NCBI GenBank assembly: GCA_013265495.1
Contig: MU058781.1
Span: forward strand, 9,529,009-9,593,008
Direction of reading: 5' to 3'
Length of the DNA stretch: 64,000 nt
DNA from: Vicugna vicugna
Taxonomy: Eukaryota
The notes under the pieces were generated by a model. The model saw nothing but the letters and a program-made list of their open reading frames with translations, did not search any database and had not been told where the DNA came from. The translations under genes were made by a program, and so were the position numbers. Position 1 is the first letter of the stretch, and each line of letters begins with the position of its first letter. Positions 63,621 through 64,000 of this stretch are shown piece after piece.

Positions 63621-64000
63621 GAGAGTAACTTTCAATGACATTTTCCATTTGACTTTAAAATTTTTTACTTAATATTGTGATGACCATGCTGAGTGACCTT
63701 TAACTTGGGCCATGTCAGTGGGAATTCCTTTAATAAAGCTGTTTTATAGTAATAAGTTGAGTGATTGTTGAGTTGGACTGCTCTATAAACTTTACGTTAA
63801 AGAAGTTTACCAATGAAAACAGAGCTGCCTTTATCAATTGCTGGTCCTAAGTGGAGATTTTGCTTTATTTATTACAAATCAATTAATGGCTCTTTCCTCT
63901 AACACCCCATCCATCAATGTATAGAAGTTGCCATTGATAAGGATACCTCACCAGAAGAAATCAATTCTCCTTTGTCATTTTGACAGGAATTAGCTATAAA

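Noticed and set aside
1..64000. Novel multi-gene system (defence island, operon, intact provirus or active transposon)
   Set aside because: No long ORFs, paired LTRs or arrays; every recognisable coding remnant is a decayed transposable element.

Overview
This is mammalian genomic DNA, most likely camelid: it carries a tRNA-Ala-derived vic-1-type SINE at 43289-43412 and cetartiodactyl-type L1 3' ends, and I saw no Alu, Bov-A/BovB or PRE-1. The window reads as intronic sequence of a large gene probably transcribed on the + strand. Nearly all L1 copies are antisense (-), and there is one well-formed 114-nt internal exon candidate at 41215-41328. I cannot name the host gene. No ORF in the track is a credible intact gene; the recognisable ones are decayed transposon remnants (L1 ORF2 endonuclease and C-terminus, hAT dimerisation domain, CR1/L3 reverse transcriptase). 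The rest is nested L1s, L2, MIR, L3/CR1, ERVL-type LTRs, DNA transposons (Tigger1 derivative, MER2, MER3, MER20, MER58, Charlie1) and microsatellites. There are also three repeat-poor, CpG-retaining, motif-rich islands (about 22.8-24.0, 47.2 and 49.7-49.9 kb) that may be enhancers or alternative promoters. I found no convincing new biological system. The most notable items are a textbook poly(A)-only retrotransposition scar, two short L1 copies ending at the same internal point, the isolated exon and the candidate regulatory islands. Repeat family names come from recalled consensus sequences, and boundaries are approximate unless a target-site duplication (TSD) is given.
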